DNA of 64,000 nt, from the IMG/VR virus record IMGVR_UViG_3300002122_000002. One strand, 5' to 3'. The stretch is from an uncultured virus (IMG/VR IMGVR_UViG_3300002122_000002) (taxonomy: Duplodnaviria > Heunggongvirae > Uroviricota > Caudoviricetes). A program made the translations under genes and the position numbers. Under the pieces are notes generated by a model. That model was not told the DNA's origin, made no database searches, and saw nothing but the letters and a program-made list of their open reading frames with translations. Shown one piece after another: positions 1 to 5,944 of this stretch. Position 1 is the stretch's first letter; each line of letters opens with the position of its first letter.

Positions 1-49
1 GTACCCCGGTGTCTTCAGCACCATGCTCTACCATTTGAGCTAGAGCCGC
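1..49 (-). tRNA. tRNA-Phe(GAA), 3' part beyond window edge
   Basis: Revcomp GCGGCTC-TA-GCTC-AAATGGTA-GAGC-A-TGGTG-CT GAA GA-CACCG. Confidence 0.85.
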
Positions 50-50
50 A

Positions 51-126
51 TGGGGTGCCAGAGGAGAATCGAACTCCCGTAATCTGGTTCACAGCCAGAC
101 GCCTGAGCCACTCGGCTACTGGCAAC
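51..126 (-). tRNA. tRNA-His(GTG) with G-1 and encoded CCA
   Basis: Anticodon arm TCTGG-CT GTG AA-CCAGA; T-loop TTCGATT; 3' CCA. Confidence 0.92.
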
Positions 127-130
127 ATGT

Positions 131-202
131 ACAAGTCCCACGTCCTGCATTTAGACGATGACCCGATGGGCCAGAGTGTCGCTCACCCATTTTGGGACCC
201 GT
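131..202 (-). ncRNA. Circularly permuted tRNA-like structure (putative)
   Basis: 10-bp closing stem ACGGGTCCCA/TGGGACTTGT encloses a T-like arm, a loop-closed acceptor-like stem TGGCCC-ATC-GGGTCA and a Glu/Gln-type D arm GTC-TAAATGCAG-GAC. Confidence 0.4.
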
Positions 203-277
203 TGATAGGCTTTGCACACAACCCCTGCCTTCTATACGATCTATAATCCTCGGGCGGGCGGTACCTATCTTGAGTCA

Positions 278-366
278 GGCGGAGAGTGAGGGAGTCGAAC
301 TCTCAATACGGGTTTCACCGTACTACACTTTTCAAGAGTGCTACACACGCCGATGTTAGACTCTCC
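278..366 (-). tRNA. tRNA-Ser(TGA)
   Basis: GGAGAGT/ACTCTCC acceptor, GCACT-CT TGA AA-AGTGT, long variable arm, G73. Confidence 0.9.
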
Positions 367-369
367 GAG

Positions 370-442
370 TACCCCGCCGTCCTATAGGTTGGCGGAGCCT
401 TGCTATAAGCCGCCCAAGATGATAGCAACAAAATGGGCGGTC
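370..442 (-). ncRNA. Pseudoknot + hairpin motif, copy A (strand assumed from tRNA operon)
   Basis: CCGCCCA/TGGGCGG crossed by TTGCTAT/ATAGCAA, followed by hairpin CTCCGCC/GGCGGGG; homologous to 2160-2243. Confidence 0.55.
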
Positions 443-443
443 A

Positions 444-517
444 GGTCGGGAATGCAGGGATCGAACCTGCTACCACACCCTTCCAAGGGGCGCATGCAAC
501 CGTTACACCTATCCCCG
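444..517 (-). tRNA. tRNA-Pro(TGG)
   Basis: CGGGGAT acceptor, CGCCC-CT TGG AA-GGGTG, TTCGATC loop. Confidence 0.92.
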
Positions 518-565
518 ATAATTGCTGTGCCGTTTTTAAAGTGGTGACACAGGTTGAGGCCACTA

Positions 566-641
566 GGTACTCTCGGTAGGGTATGATCCTACAGTCTCCG
601 AGTTAGAAGCTCGGCGCGGTATCCATTTTTGCTACGAGAGC
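566..641 (-). tRNA. tRNA-Arg(TCT), variant T-loop
   Basis: CCGAG-CT TCT AA-CTCGG; T arm GTAGG-ATCATAC-CCTAC. Confidence 0.85.
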
Positions 642-642
642 A

Positions 643-740
643 TGGTTAACTGAGCATGGAGAGAGGTCACTCCGACATAGTAGCAACCGTCTCCGCTACT
701 ACCCTCTGGCTTATGGTTTTCCCTGTCATATGCTCAGTCA
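643..740 (-). ncRNA. Rod-shaped RNA ending in ACCA (putative)
   Basis: 11-bp terminal stem TGACTGAGCAT/ATGCTCAGTTA followed by ACCA; inner stems AGAGG/CCTCT and GTAGTAGCGG/TTGCTACTAT. Confidence 0.5.
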
Positions 741-814
741 GGTACAGGACCCCCGATTCGAACGAGGAATCTACGCTTTCAGAGAGCGGCGGCTTACCGT
801 TCGCCTAGTCCTGT
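741..814 (-). tRNA. tRNA-Gln(CTG)
   Basis: ACAGGAC/GTCCTGT acceptor; CT CTG AA loop; TTCGAAT. Confidence 0.9.
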
Positions 815-933
815 ATGAGCCTGCTCGGCCCTTTTCGCAGCAATGGGCCAGTAGATTAGGCTGAAAAAGCAGACGATGAAAGCGCGCCGGGTAATCTCAC
901 ACTTTGGTACCCTGGTTTAGAGTGGGCGCGCTA

Positions 934-1015
934 GGTGGGTCCTGGTAGAGTCGAACTACCCTCGCCCGAAGGCAACTGTTTTACAGACAGCGTAGCGTCC
1001 ACCGCCGTAAGACCC
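934..1015 (-). tRNA. tRNA-Tyr(GTA)
   Basis: GCTGT-CT GTA AA-ACAGT, long variable arm GCC-TTCG-GGC. Confidence 0.88.
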
Positions 1016-1016
1016 A

Positions 1017-1091
1017 TGGTTCAATCGGCTGGATTCGGACCAACATCCTCGGGTTCAAAGCCCGGTGGCCTGCCAATTAGCCTACGATTGA
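1017..1091 (-). tRNA. tRNA-Gln(TTG)
   Basis: TCAATCG/CGATTGA acceptor; CT TTG AA; CCA encoded. Confidence 0.92.
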
Positions 1092-1095
1092 ATGT

Positions 1096-1183
1096 GCAGC
1101 CCGGCGTCCCGCTTATCAGCAATTACGGGTCTCGATACTGGCTTGCTGGCTGACGAGCATCCTTCTCAGTTCCGCCGGGTTGC
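1096..1183. ncRNA. Structured element closed by an 11-bp inverted repeat, just downstream of an internal promoter
   Basis: GCAGCCCGGCG...CGCCGGGTTGC terminal stem with internal CCCG/CGGG stem; no credible ORF. Confidence 0.35.
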
Positions 1184-1198
1184 TTTACTACTATCTTT

Positions 1199-1226
1199 AT
1201 ATTACCACATCTTTCGGTCTTGTCAA
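1199..1226 (-). promoter_or_regulatory. sigma70-type promoter inside tRNA array
   Basis: TTGACA-16 nt-TAATAT with TG extended -10. Confidence 0.65.
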
Positions 1227-1239
1227 GTACCAGTTTCTA

Positions 1240-1313
1240 GGAGCGGGTGGGGAGATTCGAACTCCCGACATTCAGTTTGGAAAACTGACGTTCTACCACT
1301 GAACTACACCAGC
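1240..1313 (-). tRNA. tRNA-Gly(TCC)
   Basis: TCAGT-TT TCC AA-ACTGA; TTCGAAT; U73. Confidence 0.92.
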
Positions 1314-1319
1314 ACGTTT

Positions 1320-1520
1320 CTATTTCAGATAAGAACTATGTCTAATTAGATATTCATGCATAGCTTTGGCAAATCCTGGGGGAGCATATTCTGATTGCAT
1401 GGCTTTTAACTCCTCATCTGAGAAGTTGTAGGTTACATGATCTGCCCCCGGATCATTGGCTTCCGTAGTAAGGATGCCGGTTAGTAATGGATCAGTAGCG
1501 ACACGTATCACTATATTCAT
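1320..1520 (-). CDS. Hypothetical protein (66 aa, MNIVIRVAT...) embedded in tRNA array
   Basis: AGGAG RBS ahead of ATG at 1520; the longer track ORF runs through tRNA-Gly and is spurious upstream. Confidence 0.6.
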   Translation of the reverse strand: MNIVIRVATDPLLTGILTTEANDPGADHVTYNFSDEELKAMQSEYAPPGFAKAMHEYLIRHSSYLK

Positions 1521-1543
1521 TTGTAACTCCTTTATAATAGACA

Positions 1544-1617
1544 GGAGCGGAGAGCGGGATTCGGACCCGCGACATTCTCGTTGGCAACGAGACATTCTAC
1601 CACTGAATTACCCCCGC
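1544..1617 (-). tRNA. tRNA-Gly(GCC)
   Basis: TCTCG-TT GCC AA-CGAGA; T-loop TCCGAAT. Confidence 0.92.
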
Positions 1618-1618
1618 A

Positions 1619-1693
1619 TGGAGCCAGTGTTGGGGCACGATCCCAACTTTCGAACTTACCAAGTTCGCGTGTCGCCGCCTACACTTCACCGGC
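1619..1693 (-). tRNA. tRNA-Thr(GGT)
   Basis: CGAAC-TT GGT AA-GTTCG; T-loop ATCGTGC; CCA. Confidence 0.85.
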
Positions 1694-1694
1694 A

Positions 1695-1770
1695 TGGAGC
1701 TTCGGGCGGGCTACGATCCCGCGGCCCCCGCTTTACGAAAGCGGTGCTCTGCCAACTGAGCTACCAAAGC
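1695..1770 (-). tRNA. tRNA-Thr(CGT)
   Basis: CCGCT-TT CGT AA-AGCGG; T-loop ATCGTAG; CCA. Confidence 0.9.
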
Positions 1771-1771
1771 A

Positions 1772-1847
1772 TGGAGCCGCCGACTGGATTCGAACCAGCT
1801 TATTCCATCTTACAAGGATGGTCCACGTCCTAACGTGGTCCGGTGGC
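1772..1847 (-). tRNA. tRNA-Thr(TGT)
   Basis: CCATC-CT TGT AA-GATGG; TTCGAAT; CCA. Confidence 0.88.
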
Positions 1848-1851
1848 ATCA

Positions 1852-1925
1852 GGTCTTACCGGGTGGATTTGCACCACCGCTACCGCCTTCGCAGGGCGGG
1901 GTCTTGTCTACTCGACTACGGCAAG
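1852..1925 (-). tRNA. tRNA-Arg(GCG)
   Basis: CTTGCCG/CGGTAAG acceptor; CCGCC-CT GCG AA-GGCGG; T-loop TGCAAAT. Confidence 0.85.
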
Positions 1926-1926
1926 A

Positions 1927-2003
1927 TGGAGTGCTCGGTCAGGTATGATCTGACAATTTCCGCGTTCGAAGCGCGGCGTCGTATCCGTTTGGACTACGAG
2001 CAC
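1927..2003 (-). tRNA. tRNA-Arg(TCG)
   Basis: GTGCTCG/CGAGCAC; CCGCG-CT TCG AA-CGCGG; T-loop ATCATAC; CCA. Confidence 0.88.
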
Positions 2004-2079
2004 ATTGGGGCCGTAACGTGGCCCGGGCGGAGGACTTTCCTTTCCCCGTTAGGGTACTCGATGCGCGCCTCAATCCGCA

Positions 2080-2155
2080 GGTGGACCTCGCGAGATTCGG
2101 ACTCGCAACCTCCCCGGTGCAAGCGGGGCGCTCTCCCAATTGGAGCTACAGGCCC
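2080..2155 (-). tRNA. tRNA-Ala(TGC)
   Basis: G3:U70 pair, TGC anticodon, T-loop TCCGAAT. Confidence 0.92.
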
Positions 2156-2159
2156 ATTT

Positions 2160-2243
2160 GCCCCACCGTGTCATTCCGGTGTCTAACACGGGGGGGACTT
2201 GCGATTAGCCACCCACAATGAATCGCAACAAGATTGGGTGGTT
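2160..2243 (-). ncRNA. Pseudoknot + hairpin motif, copy B
   Basis: CCACCCA/TGGGTGG crossed by TTGCGATT/AATCGCAA, then hairpin CCCGTGT/ACACGG; covaries with copy A. Confidence 0.55.
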
Positions 2244-2244
2244 A

Positions 2245-2319
2245 GGCACTCAGCCGTGGATTCGAACCACGAACTCCCAAGTTAACAGCTTGGTACTCTG
2301 CCAATTGAGTTAGCCGAGT
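2245..2319 (-). tRNA. tRNA-Asn(GTT)
   Basis: CCAAG-CT GTT AA-CTTGG; TTCGAAT; G73. Confidence 0.92.
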
Positions 2320-2361
2320 GTATAAGGCCGGGGTTTACCGCCCTTAACCGGCCAAGGGCGA

Positions 2362-2433
2362 GGCGAAGGTGGAGGGAATTGAACCCCCTCGGCAAGGTTT
2401 TGGAGACCCGCCCGGTCCATACCTGTCACCAAC
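2362..2433 (-). tRNA. tRNA-Trp(CCA), degenerate acceptor/D arm
   Basis: CT CCA AA loop, GGGGG-TTCAATT-CCCTC T arm; two U-U mismatches in acceptor. Confidence 0.7.
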
Positions 2434-2438
2434 GTTTA

Positions 2439-2518
2439 GGAAGACAAGGGCCGGAATCCCACCGGCCCACATCACGCACGAGCTAATAGTCGTTGGAGCG
2501 TCACAGTAGTGCCTTGTC
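2439..2518 (-). ncRNA. D-armless tRNA-like element (putative)
   Basis: 7-bp acceptor GACAAGG/CCTTGTC plus T-like arm GCCGG-TGGGATT-CCGGC; preceded by the CCA-T junction used between tandem tRNAs. Confidence 0.45.
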
Positions 2519-2744
2519 ATGGTTGTCGGAGGAGGAGCTGCCTCGGTAATCTGCTTTGGCGTAACCCCCGGCATCACCCACATCGAAGTTGACAGTTCAG
2601 CCGCCCGGAGTACTGCCACCCGCCGGTGGCCCGGTTTACTCAGGGAACCCTGCCCCGCTAAGGGCTAGGCTCAACCATATAGGCCCGTGGAGCGACCCAC
2701 GGCTTCGGCAAGGGTTTAGCAGGTAGCTGTCTACCTACACTATT

Positions 2745-2773
2745 ATAGTACCATACTTTGTATTGGTTGTCAA
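2745..2773 (-). promoter_or_regulatory. sigma70-type promoter heading the tRNA operon
   Basis: TTGACA-17 nt-TACTAT with TG extension. Confidence 0.75.
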
Positions 2774-2780
2774 GAGGCAA

Positions 2781-3278
2781 CTACTCTCCTCCAAGTAGGG
2801 GTGGAGATGAGTGGCCCGCGGCCACGAAAGAAACGTTTATGCTTCTTGAAGCGTCAAGAGGCAGTTTTCTTAGGTATTCTAACAAGTCTTTTTCACCATT
2901 AAATACCTTATCTGCCATGAGATACATCACGTCAAACCGCTCTGGCTCTTCTGGATAGACTATGTAGCATTTACAGCCGCGCCCAATGAGATAACCTAGT
3001 TCTAGGTGTCCACTTTTTCCGGCGGGTAATAGGAGGATGCCTATGTCTGACTGGTCTAGGTGGCGCATGTCAAATCTGAATACATGGTCGGCGGCGTACC
3101 CTTCTAGAGCTTCTCTAAAGTTATGCCCCCGGGCTTTTTCATAGTCTCTCCAGGCGTCGTCGGCTAGTTCTCCGGCGGCATACCAGTCATCAAACACATC
3201 AAATTCTAGTTGTCTTAGGTTCTTGGCTAACTCTGGTACTTTTGGGTTTCTTAGGCTACCTATTAGATAGATTTTCAT
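2781..3278 (-). CDS. Nucleoside 2-deoxyribosyltransferase / nucleotide N-hydrolase-like protein
   Basis: KIYLIGS N-terminus, D...LDQSD..ILLLPAGKSGHLELGY motif with catalytic Glu. Confidence 0.8.
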   Translation of the reverse strand: MKIYLIGSLRNPKVPELAKNLRQLEFDVFDDWYAAGELADDAWRDYEKARGHNFREALEGYAADHVFRFDMRHLDQSDIGILLLPAGKSGHLELGYLIGRGCKCYIVYPEEPERFDVMYLMADKVFNGEKDLLEYLRKLPLDASRSINVSFVAAGHSSPPLLGGE

Positions 3279-3468
3279 CCGGCCCGCCTAGAGCATCTAG
3301 CCAGTCTGCTTCTGAACCTTCCCCAAAGTTCATAAACCACTGGACCGCCGGGGTAGCCATCCAAGTGCCATGCCAGCGGTCGTATAGTTCTGCTGTCATG
3401 GGGTAAACGGTGGCTTCACATTGATCGGCAAATCCCCACATCTCACCTATTTCTAGTTTATCGGTCAT
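3256..3468 (-). CDS. Hypothetical protein
   Basis: Overlap-coupled ORF in minus-strand run. Confidence 0.55.
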   Translation of the reverse strand: MTDKLEIGEMWGFADQCEATVYPMTAELYDRWHGTWMATPAVQWFMNFGEGSEADWLDALGGPDENLSNR

Positions 3469-3640
3469 ATGGTGAATCCTTTCTTCGTAGTGTAGAATTA
3501 TATATGGTCTGTTTTAGATTTTCAATTTCTGCTTCTAGGGTTTCAATACGAGTGTACAGAACATTTATTTTCTTTACTACTTCATCTTTAGGTCTATCAT
3601 AAATCATGTCTATCAATTCTTGCTGTTCACTTATATTCAT
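3458..3640 (-). CDS. Small coiled-coil hypothetical protein
   Basis: Heptad pattern IETLEAEIENLKQ; coupled to neighbours. Confidence 0.55.
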   Translation of the reverse strand: MNISEQQELIDMIYDRPKDEVVKKINVLYTRIETLEAEIENLKQTIYNSTLRRKDSPYDR

Positions 3641-3939
3641 TTCTTGGGCACTCCTTTTAGCCCTGCTAGTAGTTTTACACTTTTGCCGTCTACACCCATA
3701 TTAGGAAGGCTTCCTTTCGAGACCCGCGGCGGGTTTTCATCCGGCCAGTCAGCATACTCTTCTTCTGCATACATGTAGCTAGACAGGTCGCCTTGGGTGA
3801 ACTTTAGATATATGTCGCCTCCATCTACAGCAATAGCATAGCGTTCGTCATTGCATCCACACCATTCCATGTTATGATGACTCATACTTTGAATGGTATA
3901 TCCACAGGTTAGACAAGTAATCTTAGGTCCAGCTCCCAT
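3637..3939 (-). CDS. Zn-binding phage hypothetical protein
   Basis: CxxC...H...CxC...IAVDGG pattern common in phage proteins. Confidence 0.65.
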   Translation of the reverse strand: MGAGPKITCLTCGYTIQSMSHHNMEWCGCNDERYAIAVDGGDIYLKFTQGDLSSYMYAEEEYADWPDENPPRVSKGSLPNMGVDGKSVKLLAGLKGVPKK

Positions 3940-4216
3940 GTTATTATCCCCACGGAAAGAATATGGCTAAAGCTAACATTATAGCCAATGATACTGCTGC
4001 AGACAAAGCAACGAGTTTGAAGAACGTCCATAGGTCTAGGTAATTTCTGTTCATTACTTTCTTCCTTTCTTCCAGCCAAGTGGTCGAGCCGGCGTGGGTT
4101 CTATTACAGGTAAGGTACTGTTTGCGCAGTCATGGGGATAGTCATATAGAGAGAATACCCCGTGCTTTGGGCAGTATCTCATTCGATACTTACGCCCGGA
4201 GCTACACTTGAATAGA

Positions 4217-4834
4217 TTAGCCATTTGTCCACCTTTTCTCCCATAGTTTCCAGCTTTCGGCTAATATCTTAGCATCTTCTTCGCCTCGTATGCGGGCTTC
4301 TTCAGGGATAATAGGTTCCTTATCTAGCTTAGCCCACACATCTCCAATATACAGAGGGTAGTATCCGACCGCATCTACTCCTATGTCCATTGAGCGAGGT
4401 AGGCGCTGGTTCTCGATCTCTCCATGTGTATGTCCATATAGATGCATGGCTCCCTTGAAGTTTCCTTCCCAGCATCGAAGTGGGTAATGACATAGCCATA
4501 TTTTAGTGTGGTTGAAGTTCATTTTTGTAAGGTCAGGTAGAAAGTTCAGTTTGCTTCCCAGTTCATTGTCATAATGATCTAGCCATCGGTCATGGTTGCC
4601 GGGTATTAGATATATGGTTCCATTTAGTCCCTTAAGTATACCAATGGTTTCTCCCGCCTTGCCAAATGATATGTCTCCAAGGTGGTATATAGCATCGTCT
4701 GGTCGCACTACTGCATTCCAGCACATAATCATATGGCTATTCATCTTGTCTAGAGTATCAAATGGACGGTTGGCTAATAGGTTGGCTTTTGTGTGAAAGA
4801 AATGTTGATCTGCGGTAAAGAAAATTCTACTCAT
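4217..4834 (-). CDS. Calcineurin-like metallophosphoesterase
   Basis: DQHFFH, HLGD, GNHD, CHYP, GHTH motifs; start taken at MSRIFF. Confidence 0.92.
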   Translation of the reverse strand: MSRIFFTADQHFFHTKANLLANRPFDTLDKMNSHMIMCWNAVVRPDDAIYHLGDISFGKAGETIGILKGLNGTIYLIPGNHDRWLDHYDNELGSKLNFLPDLTKMNFNHTKIWLCHYPLRCWEGNFKGAMHLYGHTHGEIENQRLPRSMDIGVDAVGYYPLYIGDVWAKLDKEPIIPEEARIRGEEDAKILAESWKLWEKRWTNG

Positions 4835-5138
4835 CCATTCCTTCTTTCTCGGTATCCCAAAGCTCTCTCGTTCCCTTCCAGTCTTCAATAGCTTGTAGAC
4901 GAATAGTTCTTGCTTCTACTAATCGTCCCTCCCAGCCGCCGGTATTTGCCTGTACCTTTTCATGGCATTCATGGCAGACAGGAACGCTATTCAGGGGGTC
5001 ATCCCGCCAATTACGGTAGGTAGACCTTGGTTTGATCTCATGGAGGGTGACGGCGGGGGCATAGTTCAGAATACAGGGAGGCCCTTCCGCACCCTTTGGT
5101 GTCCAGAAATCCCATACCATTTCGTAAAATGTGCTCAT
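4827..5138 (-). CDS. HNH endonuclease-like protein
   Basis: HEIKPRS...N..PVCHECH. Confidence 0.7.
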   Translation of the reverse strand: MSTFYEMVWDFWTPKGAEGPPCILNYAPAVTLHEIKPRSTYRNWRDDPLNSVPVCHECHEKVQANTGGWEGRLVEARTIRLQAIEDWKGTRELWDTEKEGMDE

Positions 5139-5216
5139 TTTGCCCTTTGTTTGCGAACAGTAAACTAAGTACCAAGGGTTTCACCGGCTCAACTTACTGA
5201 TATTGTAGCATGTTTT

Positions 5217-5891
5217 TCAGGAAATGTCAAGCCCTAGTAGCCAATTGGGTGCAATTATAGGTTCCGCGATGCGAATATCTGAGTACCAAACAGTCGGGTC
5301 GTCTGGCTTCATGTATAGGGAGCGTGCGTGTACTATGAGATTATCCATGTTTTCGCCTATGAAAAAGACATACAGCCGGCCATACCATCCTTGTTCTGAT
5401 AGGGCTTGGAGTAGCTCCTTGAGTGGGCCAAAGAATGCGTCGGCTTCTTCATCGCTGGGCGTTACTTTTGTGTCATATAGTGATAGTCCTAGGCAGATTT
5501 GGCCGGCGGACCCTGTTACTAGCTCTGTGGCTGGGCATATATCAAAGAACGTTAGTTTACCCGTTACCATAAGGGGGTTATCTTGGATTTTGGTTCGAGT
5601 TGCATCAATTAGAGTCTGTGCGCCTTCTGGTAATGCTGGTAGGGGTGTTGGGCTTGGCCGTGGCGTTGGGCTTGGCCGTGGCGTTGGGGGTAAGGTTGGC
5701 TGGGGTGTTGAATCGGTAGGAATTGGTGTTGGTTCCCCTATGATTATGTGGATTGGTGGGATTATGCCCATTTCAGTTAGTTTATGGAAAGCCACAACTA
5801 GACTGAACCCTATGGCAGTGATTACGAATAGGCCTTTGAAGGTGTCTATCCAGCTAAATAGTCTGTTGTCTCGTCTTATTGGGTCGTTCAT
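5217..5891 (-). CDS. Membrane-anchored protein with Pro/Thr-rich linker
   Basis: N-terminal hydrophobic helix, PTP(RPS) repeats, RBS and own promoter. Confidence 0.7.
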   Translation of the reverse strand: MNDPIRRDNRLFSWIDTFKGLFVITAIGFSLVVAFHKLTEMGIIPPIHIIIGEPTPIPTDSTPQPTLPPTPRPSPTPRPSPTPLPALPEGAQTLIDATRTKIQDNPLMVTGKLTFFDICPATELVTGSAGQICLGLSLYDTKVTPSDEEADAFFGPLKELLQALSEQGWYGRLYVFFIGENMDNLIVHARSLYMKPDDPTVWYSDIRIAEPIIAPNWLLGLDIS

Positions 5892-5914
5892 GGTTCACTT
5901 TTCCTTATTTCCAA

Positions 5915-5944
5915 ATTATACCATTGACGTGGAGGCTATGTCTA
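5915..5944 (-). promoter_or_regulatory. sigma70-type promoter
   Basis: TAGACA-18 nt-TATAAT with TG extension. Confidence 0.55.

Noticed and set aside
370..442. Theta/HDV-like ribozyme call for the tRNA-trailing pseudoknots
   Set aside because: Only 5 nt lie between the P2 5' strand and the P1 3' strand, so there is no P3/L3, P1.1 or catalytic C-R-A junction
521..564. preQ1-I riboswitch-like pseudoknot
   Set aside because: The shape is similar, but the conserved loop nucleotides are absent and no regulated CDS follows
2030..2045. GGAAAGTCC resembling the RNase P RNA P4 signature
   Set aside because: The spacer is only ~75 nt and no downstream partner strand or RNase P architecture is present
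55..2619. Many 60-200 aa ORFs in the track over the tRNA array
   Set aside because: They are antisense or overlapping reads of tRNA genes with no RBS; only 1320-1520 is credible
5643..5690. 18-bp tandem repeat
   Set aside because: It is simply the coding repeat for the PTPRPS linker
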